A stretch of DNA of 64,000 nucleotides from an uncultured Gemmatimonadales bacterium. GTDB taxonomy: Bacteria; Gemmatimonadota; Gemmatimonadetes; Longimicrobiales; Gaopeijiaceae. Below, one piece after another: positions 32,357 through 42,038 of this stretch. The notes beneath the pieces were generated by a model that did no database searches, was not told where the DNA came from, and was given only the letters and a program-made list of their open reading frames with translations. Within the stretch, counting starts at the first letter, position 1. Each line of letters opens with the position of its first letter. The position numbers were made by a program, and so were the translations under genes. The stretch is taken from NCBI GenBank assembly GCA_963751265.1, contig CAVVTU010000003.1, positions 492,156-556,155 of the forward strand. Reading direction: 5' to 3'.

Positions 32357-33318
32357 GTCGGGAAGAGCACGGGCACGCACAAGCGCACCCTCACGACGGG
32401 CACGTGCACCACCACGGCGGCCTCGGCCGGGGGATGGTGAGACGGGGCGAGGAAGGAGGACGGCTGCGCTGGGCGCTGGTGGTCACGGCGGCGTTCATGG
32501 TGGCGGAGGTGGCCGGTGGCGTGGTGTCGGGTTCGCTGACGCTCCTCGCCGATGCCGGCCACATGCTCACCGACGTCGCCGCACTCGGATTCTCGCTGTT
32601 GGCCATGCGGTTGGCCGAGCGGCCTCCGGACGCCGAGCGCACGTTCGGGTGGGTACGCCTCGAGATCCTCGCGGCGCTGGTGAACGGAGCCGCGCTCCTG
32701 GCCATCTCGGTCTGGATCGCCTTCGAGGCTTGGAGACGCCTGAAGGAGCCGGTATCGGTGGACGCACCGATTCTGCTCTGGATCGGCGTGCTCGGCCTGG
32801 TCGTGAACGTGGTGAGCTCGGTGCTGCTCCACGGTCACGCCCACGAGAGCCTGAACATGAGGGGCGCGTACCTGCATGTGCTCGGTGATCTCCTGGGCTC
32901 GGTCGGCGCCGTCGTCGGTGGGCTGATCATCATGCTCACGGGATGGACTCCGGCCGACCCGCTCATCTCGGTGCTCATCGCCGTGCTCATTCTCGTGAGC
33001 GCCTGGCGGCTCGTGCGTGAGGCCACCGAGGTCTTGCTGGAGGCCGCGCCTCCGCACATCGACGTGACGGAGCTGATCGAGGAGCTGAGGGGCATCGACA
33101 GCCTAGAAGACGTTCACGATGTGCACGTCTGGACGCTCACCTCGGGCTTCATTGCGCTCTCCGGTCACGGTGTGATCGACGACCCCGCCGATCATACGCG
33201 CGTGCTCGAGGAGGTCAGGGAGAGGATGAAGCGTCACGGCATCGAGCACGTGACCTTCCAGCTGGAGTTGAGGCCTCTCTACCAGCTCCCGGCACAGGAT
33301 CTACACACGAAGTCGTGA
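32353..33318 (+). CDS. Cation diffusion facilitator (CzcD/ZitB-like) metal exporter with His-rich N-terminus
   Basis: The GTG at 32353 overlaps the antiporter stop (GTGA). VSREEHGHAQAHPHDGHVHHHGG is followed by SGSLTLLADAGHMLTDV...RTFGWVRLEILAA...HVLGDLLGSVG. Confidence 0.85.
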   Translation: MSREEHGHAQAHPHDGHVHHHGGLGRGMVRRGEEGGRLRWALVVTAAFMVAEVAGGVVSGSLTLLADAGHMLTDVAALGFSLLAMRLAERPPDAERTFGWVRLEILAALVNGAALLAISVWIAFEAWRRLKEPVSVDAPILLWIGVLGLVVNVVSSVLLHGHAHESLNMRGAYLHVLGDLLGSVGAVVGGLIIMLTGWTPADPLISVLIAVLILVSAWRLVREATEVLLEAAPPHIDVTELIEELRGIDSLEDVHDVHVWTLTSGFIALSGHGVIDDPADHTRVLEEVRERMKRHGIEHVTFQLELRPLYQLPAQDLHTKS

Positions 33319-33412
33319 TGCGGAGGGTCGACGAAGGCCGACATCCGTCCGTGCGCTTATCACGCGTCGGTTCGAGTCATGACCGAGCGTACCACGGCGA
33401 TCGACGAGGTTG

Positions 33413-33440
33413 TTGACATACCTCGGCCCACCGTTACTTT
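33413..33440 (+). promoter_or_regulatory. Tentative sigma70-like promoter of the acidic-protein gene
   Basis: A perfect TTGACA (33413-33418), 16 nt, then TACTTT. The -10 is weak; tentative. Confidence 0.3.
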
Positions 33441-33515
33441 CGCGCCAAGCCCCCATGGGCACTCCGAATCGGGTCGGAGAAGCCCCGGGTCCCAACCAAG
33501 GAGGAGAGGAAGGCC

Positions 33516-33791
33516 ATGAGCCGGTCGGGCTGGTTCGACGATGAGGTTCTCGACACCGAGGTGCTCGCCAAGGGTGACGACGACCTCGACGATGACGAGG
33601 ACGTGGTCGACGATGAGGACTGGTCGGACGACGACGAAGACGATTGGGACGACGACGAAGACTGGGACGACGACGAAGACGACGACGATGACGATGACGA
33701 TGATGACGACGACGATGACGACGAGGACTGGGACGACGGCGACGATCTCTTCGGGCGCCGGCCGCGTCGCCAACGCCCGGATTGGCAGTGA
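33516..33791 (+). CDS. Extremely acidic poly-Asp/Glu/Trp low-complexity protein (91 aa)
   Basis: The ATG is preceded by AAGGAGGAGAGGAAGG. MSRSGWFDDEVLDTEVLAKGDDDLDDDEDVVDDEDWSDDDEDDWDDDEDWDDDEDDDDDDDDDDDDDDDEDWDDGDDLFGRRPRRQRPDWQ. It is followed by a perfect 34-nt palindrome. Confidence 0.6.
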   Translation: MSRSGWFDDEVLDTEVLAKGDDDLDDDEDVVDDEDWSDDDEDDWDDDEDWDDDEDDDDDDDDDDDDDDDEDWDDGDDLFGRRPRRQRPDWQ

Positions 33792-33829
33792 CCTCTAGAC
33801 GGAACCAGGTCTCTTCCGCACTGGATCAT

Positions 33830-33863
33830 GGAGCCGCCCCGGCCGATCGGCCGGGGCGGCTCC
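33830..33863 (+). terminator. Perfect palindromic hairpin
   Basis: GGAGCCGCCCCGGCCGA|TCGGCCGGGGCGGCTCC. No U-tract. Confidence 0.55.
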
Positions 33864-33926
33864 TGTGCATCCACTGCAGGGACGCGGTGAAACCCCCATG
33901 GGGTTGGGCGGGGTAGTCCTTTCATC

Positions 33927-34703
33927 ATGATACCGATGACGAAGTGGGTGAAGCGGCTCCTGCTCGCCAACGTGGCGGTCTTCCTGGTCACGCGGGCCTA
34001 CCCCCCGTTGTACCAGGCGCTCATGCTGGTTCCGCGGTGGATCGTGTACCGTCCGTGGACAGTGGTCTCGTACATGTTCCTGCATGCGGGCTTTGCCCAC
34101 ATCTTCTTCAACATGCTGGTCCTCTTCTTCTTCGGACCGCGTGTGGAGGATCGCCTGGGGGGAAAGCGCTTCCTTTGGCTCTACTTCCTCTCGGGCATGG
34201 GCGGGGCGCTCGGCAGCTTTCTGTTCGCCCGTCAGTACGCCGTGGTCGGAGCGTCGGCGGCCGTGTACGGTGTGCTGCTCGCGTTCGCCATTTTCTGGCC
34301 ACGCGAGAAGATCTACATCTGGATGATCTTGCCCGTGGAGGCGTGGATCCTCGTGGTGTTCGCGGTGGGTGCGAGCCTCTACCTCGGCGTCACCGGATCG
34401 GAGTCGGGCGTGGCCCACTTCGCCCATTTGGGCGGCTTGGCCACGGGCTTCCTGTACCTGAAGTGGTCGGACTGGCGCATCGGTGCGGGCCGACGCGAGT
34501 TCCAACGCGCCATGGATCCCCGTCCGTCCGTCGTCACGTCGGACCGGAGCTCGCTCGATCGCTGGCGCACCATCCAGGTGAATGATCTGCACGAGCTGAA
34601 TCGCGACGAGGTGCGGCGCCTGGTATCGAAAGCGGAGCAGGGAGGAGTGAAGAGCCTGAGCGAGGGAGAGCGGCAGTTCCTGGACCGGATGGCGGGCCGC
34701 TGA
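33927..34703 (+). CDS. Rhomboid family intramembrane serine protease
   Basis: Contains WTVVSYMFLHAGFAHIFFNMLVLFFFG, the catalytic GASAAVYGVL and AHFAHLGGLATGF. Confidence 0.85.
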   Translation: MIPMTKWVKRLLLANVAVFLVTRAYPPLYQALMLVPRWIVYRPWTVVSYMFLHAGFAHIFFNMLVLFFFGPRVEDRLGGKRFLWLYFLSGMGGALGSFLFARQYAVVGASAAVYGVLLAFAIFWPREKIYIWMILPVEAWILVVFAVGASLYLGVTGSESGVAHFAHLGGLATGFLYLKWSDWRIGAGRREFQRAMDPRPSVVTSDRSSLDRWRTIQVNDLHELNRDEVRRLVSKAEQGGVKSLSEGERQFLDRMAGR

Positions 34704-34739
34704 AGGCCCGCCTGAACCAAGCTTCGGTTCCGGCACCCG

Positions 34740-35357
34740 ATGACCGACCCGACCCGCTACCCCGTTCCCGCGCGCGCCCACCGCGTGGAAGAGACCATCC
34801 GGCGGAGCCGATTCATCACGACGCTCGCCCGAGCCGCGACTTCCCACGCGGCGCACGCGTTCGTGGATCGTATCCAGGCCGAGTTCCCCGACGCCACCCA
34901 TCACTGCTGGGCGTTCGTGGCCGGCCCGCCCGGGGTTACCACGCAGATCGGGATGAGCGATGCCGGTGAGCCGCACGGGACCGCCGGCAAGCCGATGCTC
35001 CACACGTTGCTCCACAGTGGGATCGGGGAGGTCGCCGCGGTCGTCGTCCGCTACTACGGAGGTGTGAACCTCGGGACGGGAGGACTGTCTCGCGCCTACT
35101 CCGGTGGCGTGAAGCTCGCGCTCGAGGATCTGCCTACCGTCGAGAAGGTCGAGCGCGTGGAGGTGGAGGTCGTCGTCGGATACGCGGAGGTCGACGCGCT
35201 CCAGCGCCTCATGCAGGAGCTGGACGTTGCGGTCGCCTCCCAGGACTTCGGCGCCGACGCCCGATATCGGTGCGGCGTGCCCGAGCGCCAGCTCGAGGCG
35301 TTCACGGCCGCGGTGGCGGAGATGACCCGCGGAGCCGGTACGGTGCGCGAGGCGTAG
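34740..35357 (+). CDS. yigZ: YigZ/IMPACT family protein (UPF0029)
   Basis: Contains IRRSRFITTL...DATHHCWAFV...SDAGEPHGTAGKPML...VVVRYYGGVNLGTGGLSRAY. Confidence 0.8.
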   Translation: MTDPTRYPVPARAHRVEETIRRSRFITTLARAATSHAAHAFVDRIQAEFPDATHHCWAFVAGPPGVTTQIGMSDAGEPHGTAGKPMLHTLLHSGIGEVAAVVVRYYGGVNLGTGGLSRAYSGGVKLALEDLPTVEKVERVEVEVVVGYAEVDALQRLMQELDVAVASQDFGADARYRCGVPERQLEAFTAAVAEMTRGAGTVREA

Positions 35358-35379
35358 CCGGCCTTGGCCACCTCGCGGC

Positions 35380-37821
35380 TCACTCGGCCCTGAACGCTTG
35401 CACGGGATCGACCCCCGCGGCCCTCAGCGCCGGCACCAAGCACGCCAACGCGGCGACCCCGCCCAGAAAGAGGGCGACTCCTCCGTACGTGGCGGGATCG
35501 GCGGGGCCTACGCCGAACAGCATTCCCTGGACCAGGCGCGCCGCGAATAGCGAAGCCCCGGCCCCCAGCGCGAGGCCGCCCAGCACCAGGGTGAGACCCT
35601 CTCGAATGACGGATGAGAGGACCCGGCCCACCGTGGCCCCGAGCGCCATGCGGATTCCGATCTCGTGCCGCCTTCGCGTGACCTGATACGCCAGCACTCC
35701 GTACAGACCCACGGCGGCCAGGAGCAGCGCGACGGCGGAGAAAAGGAGGAGCACCACGGCGACGGCGCGGGCATCCGACGCCGTTCGGGAGATTGCGTCG
35801 TCCAGCGTGGAGACCCCCGCCAACGGCACATCGGGGTCCTCTTCCCGGAGCACGCTCCGGATGGCGGACGTCACCCCGGCCACATCCCCGTGGGTGCGAA
35901 CCGCCAGCCGCATGGACGAGCTGGGCTGAGCGGCATAGGGGAAGTACACCGCCGGGTACACGCCTTCGGTCGGGTCCTCCATGACCACGTCTCCCACGAC
36001 GCCCACCACCTGGAAGAGCGTCGGCTCCAGGCCTCCGGTGTCCACACCGACGGTACGTCCCACGGGGTCGGAGGTACCGAAGAGCCTGTGGGCGACGCCT
36101 TGGCTGATGACGACCAGTCGAGGCTCGCCTTCTCCGTCGTCGAGGGTCAGGTCACGCCCGGCGACCACGGGAATTCCCATCGTCTCGAAGTAGCCCGGCA
36201 TGACCGTGCGCTGGTCGGCCATGCCGCCGAACACGCCCGATGTACCGAACCTCTCGGGTAGGTCGACCCGCACGTTCCCGCCCCGGTCACGGATCGGAAG
36301 GCGTGTGACGAGCCCCACCGCGTCGACACCTGGAAGAGCGGCCAGGCGCTCGCGCAGCTGTCGGTAGAATTCGACCCGTTCCTTTCCCTGCGGATACTTG
36401 CCGCCCGGGAGATACGCCTCGGCGGTGAGGAGATTGTGGGTGTCGAACCCGGGGTCCACTCCGCGGAGCTCGCCCAGGCTGCGCACCAGAAGCCCCGAGA
36501 CCACGAGGAGCACCGACGTGAGGGCCACCTGGGTCACCACCAGGCCGCTTCGGAAGCGCGTGGCCACCCTCCCACCCGCGGTTCGTGTCCCGCCGTGTAG
36601 GTCCGACGCCGGATCGGCACGGGCCATATGCAGAGATGGCAGAACACCGAACACCAGCACCGTGACCAGAGACAGCCCGGCGGCGAAGCCCAGCATGGGC
36701 GGAGAGACCCGAGCCTCCACGGGACCGAGCTGGTCCATGGACACGAAGGTCAGAATGCCCCGCTCCAGCCATACTGCCAGGGCCGTGCCCACCACGCCCG
36801 CACCGAGGGCCAGAAGGGCGTTTTCGGTCAGGAGCTGCCGAGCCAACCGGCCACGCCCGGCGCCCATGACCGCACGCACGGCCAACTCACCACGACGGGC
36901 GCTGCCACGAGCCAGTAGCAGGCCCGCCACGTTGCCGCAGGCGATCAGAAGAAGCGCGGCCACCGCGGCCATGAGCAGGGCCAAGGTGGTCTCGTATCGC
37001 TCCGTGAGCGCCTCCCGCAAAGGCGTGAGGTTCAGGCCCTTGTCGCGGTTGGAGTCCGGGTACGTCTCGGCCAGAGCTCCGCTGATACGGTCCACGTCGG
37101 CCTGGGCGCGGTCCAACGTGACCCCGGGTCCCATGCGGCTCACCAGCACGAAGTTGTGGAATTGCCGCGCCTGAGCCCACGAGCCCCCGCGCTGGAGAGG
37201 AAGCCACAGGTCCGTGTCCAGGACGAACCGGAAGCCCGCGGGCATGACGCCGACGACCGTGTACGGTCGGCCTCCGAGGCTCACGGCTCGACCCAGCACG
37301 TCGGGGTCGCCTCCGAACCTCCGCTCCCAGAAGCCATGGCTCAGCACGACCACGTCGGGACCGTCCAGCTCGCCCTCCGTTCCGGTGAACTCGCGTCCGA
37401 GAGCCGGGCGCACGCCCAGGGTCGCGAAGAAGCGGGTGGACACCAGGACGCCCCGGACCCGCTCCGGCTCGCCGTCACCGCTCACGGTCGTGGCGATCTG
37501 GAAGGGGGTAAACGCGGCCAGGTCGGCGAACGATGCGGACCGTTCCCGGTAGTCGAAGAAGTCGGGGCCCGACACCGTGTAACCGACCTCCCCGTGCCTC
37601 GTGACGCGTCCCATCACCAGATGATCGGGCTGACGGTACGGAAGCGCCCGAAGGAGCGAGGCCTCCAGGACTCCGAACATGGCCACGTTGCCACCGATGC
37701 CAAGCCCCAGGGTGAGCAGGACCGCCACCAGGAATGCCGGCTGCTTGAGGAAGGATCGAAGCGCCACCCTCACGTCCTGAGCCAGATCACCCAACACCGT
37801 CGAACCGCTCATGGCCCCCAT
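35380..37821 (-). CDS. ADOP-family duplicated FtsX/MacB-type ABC permease (copy 2)
   Basis: 813 aa. It has the N-terminal TM helix, two MacB_PCD/FtsX repeats, and ends ...LRAAGVDPVQAFRAE. There is no adjacent ATPase or PadR. Confidence 0.85.
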   Translation of the reverse strand: MGAMSGSTVLGDLAQDVRVALRSFLKQPAFLVAVLLTLGLGIGGNVAMFGVLEASLLRALPYRQPDHLVMGRVTRHGEVGYTVSGPDFFDYRERSASFADLAAFTPFQIATTVSGDGEPERVRGVLVSTRFFATLGVRPALGREFTGTEGELDGPDVVVLSHGFWERRFGGDPDVLGRAVSLGGRPYTVVGVMPAGFRFVLDTDLWLPLQRGGSWAQARQFHNFVLVSRMGPGVTLDRAQADVDRISGALAETYPDSNRDKGLNLTPLREALTERYETTLALLMAAVAALLLIACGNVAGLLLARGSARRGELAVRAVMGAGRGRLARQLLTENALLALGAGVVGTALAVWLERGILTFVSMDQLGPVEARVSPPMLGFAAGLSLVTVLVFGVLPSLHMARADPASDLHGGTRTAGGRVATRFRSGLVVTQVALTSVLLVVSGLLVRSLGELRGVDPGFDTHNLLTAEAYLPGGKYPQGKERVEFYRQLRERLAALPGVDAVGLVTRLPIRDRGGNVRVDLPERFGTSGVFGGMADQRTVMPGYFETMGIPVVAGRDLTLDDGEGEPRLVVISQGVAHRLFGTSDPVGRTVGVDTGGLEPTLFQVVGVVGDVVMEDPTEGVYPAVYFPYAAQPSSSMRLAVRTHGDVAGVTSAIRSVLREEDPDVPLAGVSTLDDAISRTASDARAVAVVLLLFSAVALLLAAVGLYGVLAYQVTRRRHEIGIRMALGATVGRVLSSVIREGLTLVLGGLALGAGASLFAARLVQGMLFGVGPADPATYGGVALFLGGVAALACLVPALRAAGVDPVQAFRAE

Positions 37822-37872
37822 CTACTCCTCTCGGCGGACCGCGCCGCCGGAAGACGGACATCACGCTACCGT

Positions 37873-38583
37873 TCAGATGACCATCGAGACCGGTTGGTTG
37901 GAAGGGTCTTCCGGGAGCGGCCGCGTTGGGACTTCCTCGCCGGGTCGGATGGCCGGAAGCGTCCTCGGCGGCTTCCCTCCACCTCCTGGAGGGGCCGGTC
38001 CGTGCCGTACCCGGAGCGCCCCCTCGACCGCAGTCCAGAGAATGTCCAGCTCGTCGCTCCAAAGGACCCGCCATCCGCGAGGCATGCGCACGAGCTGCAT
38101 CACCTTGACCTCCGAGCGGGATCCAGGGAGCCGGGGCGTGCTCCGGTAGACCACGTGCGCGGTGTCCCGTCCCTCGTCCACGTGGCCGAGCACGGTGTCG
38201 TCGCGTTCGTAGATGGCGTCCATCAGGCCGGGCATGTCGTCGACCACCGCTCCGACCGCGCGCGTGAACACCGCGCGCGAAGAGAGTCCAGCGTACCCTG
38301 CTGAATCGTCGGTCTGGGTGAGAAAGCGGCGGATGTCGCCGGTGGTATCGACCCGCACCATCTGTGTCACCACGAGATGGAAGCGATCGAGTGCGGACGG
38401 GTCGATGAACTGAGCCGCGGTCTTCCATCGGATCGCGCGCACGGAGCGCAGGAAGAGTCGGGCGGTCTGCTCCGGCGTGGCGGTGACCCGCTCGATCGTG
38501 CGTTGTTGCGCGGCAGCCGGTAGGCCGGCCGCCACGAACGGAGCTGCCGCCAGGAGAACGACGATGGCTGCTCTGGTGCGCAC
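37873..38583 (-). CDS. Hypothetical secreted protein
   Basis: The GTG at 38583 lies 6 nt after GGGAG. VRTRAAIVVLLAAAPFVAAGLPAAAQQ is a signal peptide. No domain recognised. The track start at 38673 is also possible. Confidence 0.45.
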   Translation of the reverse strand: MRTRAAIVVLLAAAPFVAAGLPAAAQQRTIERVTATPEQTARLFLRSVRAIRWKTAAQFIDPSALDRFHLVVTQMVRVDTTGDIRRFLTQTDDSAGYAGLSSRAVFTRAVGAVVDDMPGLMDAIYERDDTVLGHVDEGRDTAHVVYRSTPRLPGSRSEVKVMQLVRMPRGWRVLWSDELDILWTAVEGALRVRHGPAPPGGGGKPPRTLPAIRPGEEVPTRPLPEDPSNQPVSMVI

Positions 38584-39158
38584 GCACGCTCCCGCCCGGA
38601 GGGGACCCCGTGGACCATGCCGCGGGTTATCAGAATGATAAGCTACACGAACCACGCGCGTGGCCGTGGTCATTCCGGCCGACCACGCTACATTCTTGTC
38701 TATGCGACGAATCCGGCTTCTGGCAACACTCCTGCTCTCTGCGGCGGCCCTTTGGGTTTCCGCGGCGGCTCCCGCGCGGTCCCTCGTGGCCGATGCAGGA
38801 GGAGGCCGGGCCGCGCTGTGCAGCCCCTCCGCAGGTCAGCACGCAGGCGCGAGGCTGGCGTTGTCCGCCGTGACATCCGGGGGTGAGACGGAAGGTGAGG
38901 GCGTCACGCGCCCGACGCTCCCGTCAGCGACTCCGGAAACCAGGCCGGCCGACCGTCGTCGTGCTCTGCCCGCGCGGGACGCAGCCGATCCCGCCGGGCC
39001 AAACCGGGCCTCGCGCCAGGGCCGCTGCGCTCATCCTCCCACGGCTCCTCCCGCTCGGATCTGAGGTTCCGATCCGACGCCTCCGGACCGCGCCTCGCGC
39101 GGCCCGGAATCTCCGAGAGACCCGAGCCCCCGCATCCAGGGGGTGGGAGGATCCGATC

Positions 39159-39305
39159 ATGTCGCAGTTCCATCACATCATCCAGACGCTTCCGCGGGAC
39201 CCCGCATCGATCTTCGCGCTCGGCCTGACCGTCGTGGCGGTCGTCTTCATCGTCTACGTCGGACGTGGAGACAAGCCCGAGGACGAGGGGACCAAGCAGT
39301 CCTGA
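39159..39305 (+). CDS. Small single-TM protein (48 aa), hypothetical
   Basis: The ATG follows GGGTGGGAGG. MSQFHHIIQTLPRDPASIFALGLTVVAVVFIVYVGRGDKPEDEGTKQS. Confidence 0.4.
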   Translation: MSQFHHIIQTLPRDPASIFALGLTVVAVVFIVYVGRGDKPEDEGTKQS

Positions 39306-39458
39306 CAGCCGTGGATCGGGGCCGGCCGGGAGCATACGGACGGCCCCGGACGGGCTACGCCACATACTGTCTCAGAACCCTGTCCGAGGCCCCGTTGAAC
39401 CAGGGCCCGGGGCGCGTTACGTTTTCGTGCTCCAGAGGCTGCGTATGCGCGGCCCAGA

Positions 39459-39532
<74 letters not shown>

Positions 39533-39543
39533 TGTCGCAAAAC

Positions 39544-39581
39544 GAAGCCCCGCTTGGCCTTACGAGGCCGGGCGGGGCTTC
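39544..39581 (+). terminator. Hairpin just downstream of the tRNA (terminator and/or part of att region)
   Basis: GAAGCCCCGC...GCGGGGCTTC outer 10-bp stem with an inner GGCCT/AGGCC helix. Confidence 0.45.
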
Positions 39582-39603
39582 ATCGTAGTTGAGAACCGTT
39601 CCC

Positions 39604-39637
39604 GGGTGCGGTCTGGGTGCGGTCCTGGGTGCGGTGG
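39604..39637. repeat. Three tandem 11-12 bp direct repeats (GGGTGCGGTCT / GGGTGCGGTCCT / GGGTGCGGTG)
   Basis: Read directly from the sequence, between the tRNA and the 3' end of the integrase gene. Confidence 0.8.
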
Positions 39638-39659
39638 GGTTCCGGGCGCGCGACCCGGT

Positions 39660-41120
39660 TCAGCTTCCGGCTGTGGGGTCCGGAGTGGCCATGACCAGAA
39701 GGGCTTGGACCTTGGCTTCCGGGAGGCCCATCGACCGAAGGACACCTTCGAGGTCGGCGGGCGTGGCCTCCGTGGGATTCGCTGCGTCGCGGCCCCGCGC
39801 GAGCTCTCGAGCCGTTGCAGTCGCCTGAAGGACGTCCGGGTCCTGCCCGTCCATGTAGATCCGCTCTCGGGTCGAGGAGCCAGGGGTCCAACCACCTCCC
39901 GCGTCTCTCACGCGTTCATCGGTCGACACACGACGCATGCGGTCGCTGGAGCGACGTCTGATTCCGTACCACGCTCGCCCTGGAACGTGCTTGATTCCGA
40001 CGCTTGCCTCGTAGGCGGCGAAGAACTTCAGGAGGTTTCTTCTGGCCATACGGCAGGGGGGGTGGCCGGGCCGCGGTGGGCGGAGTACCCCGTCGCGGAG
40101 CTTCCCGGCAGGGAACAGCGGATAGTCCTGGAGGCGGCCCTTTTGATAGGCCTCCTCGTACGCGGCCAGATGCCCGCGGTTCGATGGGTCGACGCCAAGG
40201 GCGGCGTCGACGACGGAGCGTTGATGGGCGGACAGGAAGACCAGGGCTCCGGGCTTGCGGCCCACTCCGTGGATCTCGAGGGTGCCAAACCCTGACCCGG
40301 CCCCGGAGCTTAGGTCGAGGTCTGACCTGTCGCAGCGGATGACCTGGCCGATGCGGTATTCGGCGCCGACCTCGGCAGCGAGTCCGAATCGGGGATCAAC
40401 ATCGGGACCGTTCATCCCGCCCCAGAACCGGTCCATCTCTGCGTCCGTGTGGCGCGGCCGCGCTGGCTTGGCGGACTTCTGTGCGGTCTCCTGCCACTCC
40501 TTGCGCAACTCCCCCCGCCAGCCCCGCTTCGGCGCTCGGAATGAACTGACAAGGTCTTCATCCAAGAGCCAAGCGCCGACGGCAGCAAGGGCGGACACAG
40601 CGATCTCCGCCATCCGCCAACCCTGGCCCCACTCGGGCTGACGGGCGAGGAACTCGCGCCACAGCAGCCGATAGTGGCGAGGCCGAAGTTCCGTCCAGAG
40701 CGTGTCTGACCCCAGCCCTTCAAGGACCCGTGCACGCGCTCTTCGGACCTCTTTGTGCCGAGCCGTCTTCGATGGGTACCGCCCAACGCCGGGTTTGAGG
40801 GCCAGGTCGAAGCCTTGCTCGAGGGTGAGTCCCTTCTTCTCATCCTCGTCAAAGGACTCCTGCTGCAGACCGTAGAGGGCTTGCCGGAACTGCGTGCGGG
40901 CCAGGCGGATGGCCTTTTTCACCCGCGCTTGGTCGATGACGCCATCCTCGGTCCGAACGGTACTCAGTCCGGTGAGACGCGGCTGGCGGCGACCACCGTC
41001 GGCGTACCAGTGCAACCACAACCCATCGCGATCGCGGCGCTCACGCACCTGGACCTTGCGCCCGTCGACCTCGAGGTCGACGAACCACAACGCTGGCCGC
41101 TCTGATCCGGGCGTGATCAT
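39660..41120 (-). CDS. int: Tyrosine recombinase / phage-type integrase
   Basis: 486 aa. The C-terminal catalytic region carries ...AWYGIRRRSSDRM... (H/Y-x-x-R box) and ...GGWTPGSSTRERIYMD (catalytic Tyr). It lies immediately beside a tRNA gene. Confidence 0.8.
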   Translation of the reverse strand: MITPGSERPALWFVDLEVDGRKVQVRERRDRDGLWLHWYADGGRRQPRLTGLSTVRTEDGVIDQARVKKAIRLARTQFRQALYGLQQESFDEDEKKGLTLEQGFDLALKPGVGRYPSKTARHKEVRRARARVLEGLGSDTLWTELRPRHYRLLWREFLARQPEWGQGWRMAEIAVSALAAVGAWLLDEDLVSSFRAPKRGWRGELRKEWQETAQKSAKPARPRHTDAEMDRFWGGMNGPDVDPRFGLAAEVGAEYRIGQVIRCDRSDLDLSSGAGSGFGTLEIHGVGRKPGALVFLSAHQRSVVDAALGVDPSNRGHLAAYEEAYQKGRLQDYPLFPAGKLRDGVLRPPRPGHPPCRMARRNLLKFFAAYEASVGIKHVPGRAWYGIRRRSSDRMRRVSTDERVRDAGGGWTPGSSTRERIYMDGQDPDVLQATATARELARGRDAANPTEATPADLEGVLRSMGLPEAKVQALLVMATPDPTAGS

Positions 41121-41504
41121 CTACAGTGACTGCGCATACCGGAGAGCGGACTCGCGGTCGACCAGGATCCTGCTGCCCTTGCGTCTGCTGCGGACTCGCC
41201 CCTTGCGGACCCAGTATCGTACCGCGTCCGGAGACAGGCCCAGCTCCCTCGCGACGGCTGTGGGCGAGACCTCGTCTACGACCACGGCCGCGTCCCAAAG
41301 CGCCCTGCGGATCCTGGACACCGCGGCCTGAAGCACCCGTGCACGAGGGTCGTCCTCGTCGAACTCGAGTGCCCGGGCGGCGTGTCGATCGAGGTCATCG
41401 AGCTCCGCCACGATGGGGGCCAGACAAACACGTTCGACGTCCGGATAGGCGTTCTCGCCCGGGGACGGCGCTTGTGGGCTCTTCGGTGGTGAACGTCGGT
41501 GCAT
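41121..41504 (-). CDS. xis: Excisionase-family helix-turn-helix DNA-binding protein
   Basis: The C-terminus is VSPTAVARELGLSPDAVRYWVRKGRVRSRRKGSRILVDRESAL (excisionase/MerR-type HTH). Its stop abuts the integrase ATG. The start was chosen at the ATG at 41504. Confidence 0.65.
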   Translation of the reverse strand: MHRRSPPKSPQAPSPGENAYPDVERVCLAPIVAELDDLDRHAARALEFDEDDPRARVLQAAVSRIRRALWDAAVVVDEVSPTAVARELGLSPDAVRYWVRKGRVRSRRKGSRILVDRESALRYAQSL

Positions 41505-41639
41505 CGGTCGTGTCTGTGGAAGCGAACGGTGTCCGCCACGCGGCCACCTACAGACACGAGTAGGGGAGGTTCGGAGGCGGCGACCAGGGGGTCCCCCTAT
41601 GGCCGCCGGCCCCCTGAGCCCAAGCCGTCGGAGCACCGG

Positions 41640-42038
41640 TCAGACCAGGGGCGCAGGGTTGAGCCCGTCGAAACCCCTGACCCAACCCGCGATGTCGTCG
41701 TCGGTCATGTCGTCGAGGGCGACCGCGAGGCCGGCGAGCTCGTCGGCCGGGTACCGATCAGGGGACGCCTGAGCCACCCATGCGAGCGCGCACCGACGGA
41801 TGACCCATGCGTCGGGCCCGTCCGGTCGTAGGATCCCGGGGGCGACGTTGCCAGAAGGAGCCGCCTGCCTGTCGCCCCTCTCGACCTCCTCTACCGCCTC
41901 CCAAAGGGAAGCCCTCCGAATTGGGAGCAGCGCGATAGTCTGCAGCGCCCCGAGGAAGTCCTCCTCGAGGTGGTCGATGTCGGCGGAGGGGGGACACAAT
42001 CCCGTAGAGTGCTGCGTCCTGCGAGCCGGTGCGAACAT
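41640..42038 (-). CDS. Hypothetical protein, paralog A of an island-specific family
   Basis: 132 aa with AGGAGAG 7 nt upstream. It shares ALLP(I/V)R and a C-terminal A(L/I)(D/E)D(M/F)(T/S)D(D/E)(D/E)(I/L)(A/T)G(W/Y)VRG block with 43368..43706. Confidence 0.55.
   Translation of the reverse strand: MFAPARRTQHSTGLCPPSADIDHLEEDFLGALQTIALLPIRRASLWEAVEEVERGDRQAAPSGNVAPGILRPDGPDAWVIRRCALAWVAQASPDRYPADELAGLAVALDDMTDDDIAGWVRGFDGLNPAPLV

Noticed and set aside
33360-33991. Poly-Val/Ile and poly-Ser ORFs (33360..33773 -, 33434..33991 -) and the alternative-frame poly-Thr/Met ORF (33541..33798 +).
   Set aside because: They are reading-frame artefacts of the GAC/GAT repeat. Only the poly-Asp frame has a strong SD, an ATG and a terminator.
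38702-39064. An ORF with a signal-peptide-like start (MRRIRLLATLLLSAAALWVSAAAPARS) in the 485-nt gap before the small membrane protein and the tRNA.
   Set aside because: The rest of the translation is Ala/Arg/Pro/Gly low complexity with no SD. I cannot separate it from a GC-driven spurious ORF, so it is not reported as a feature.
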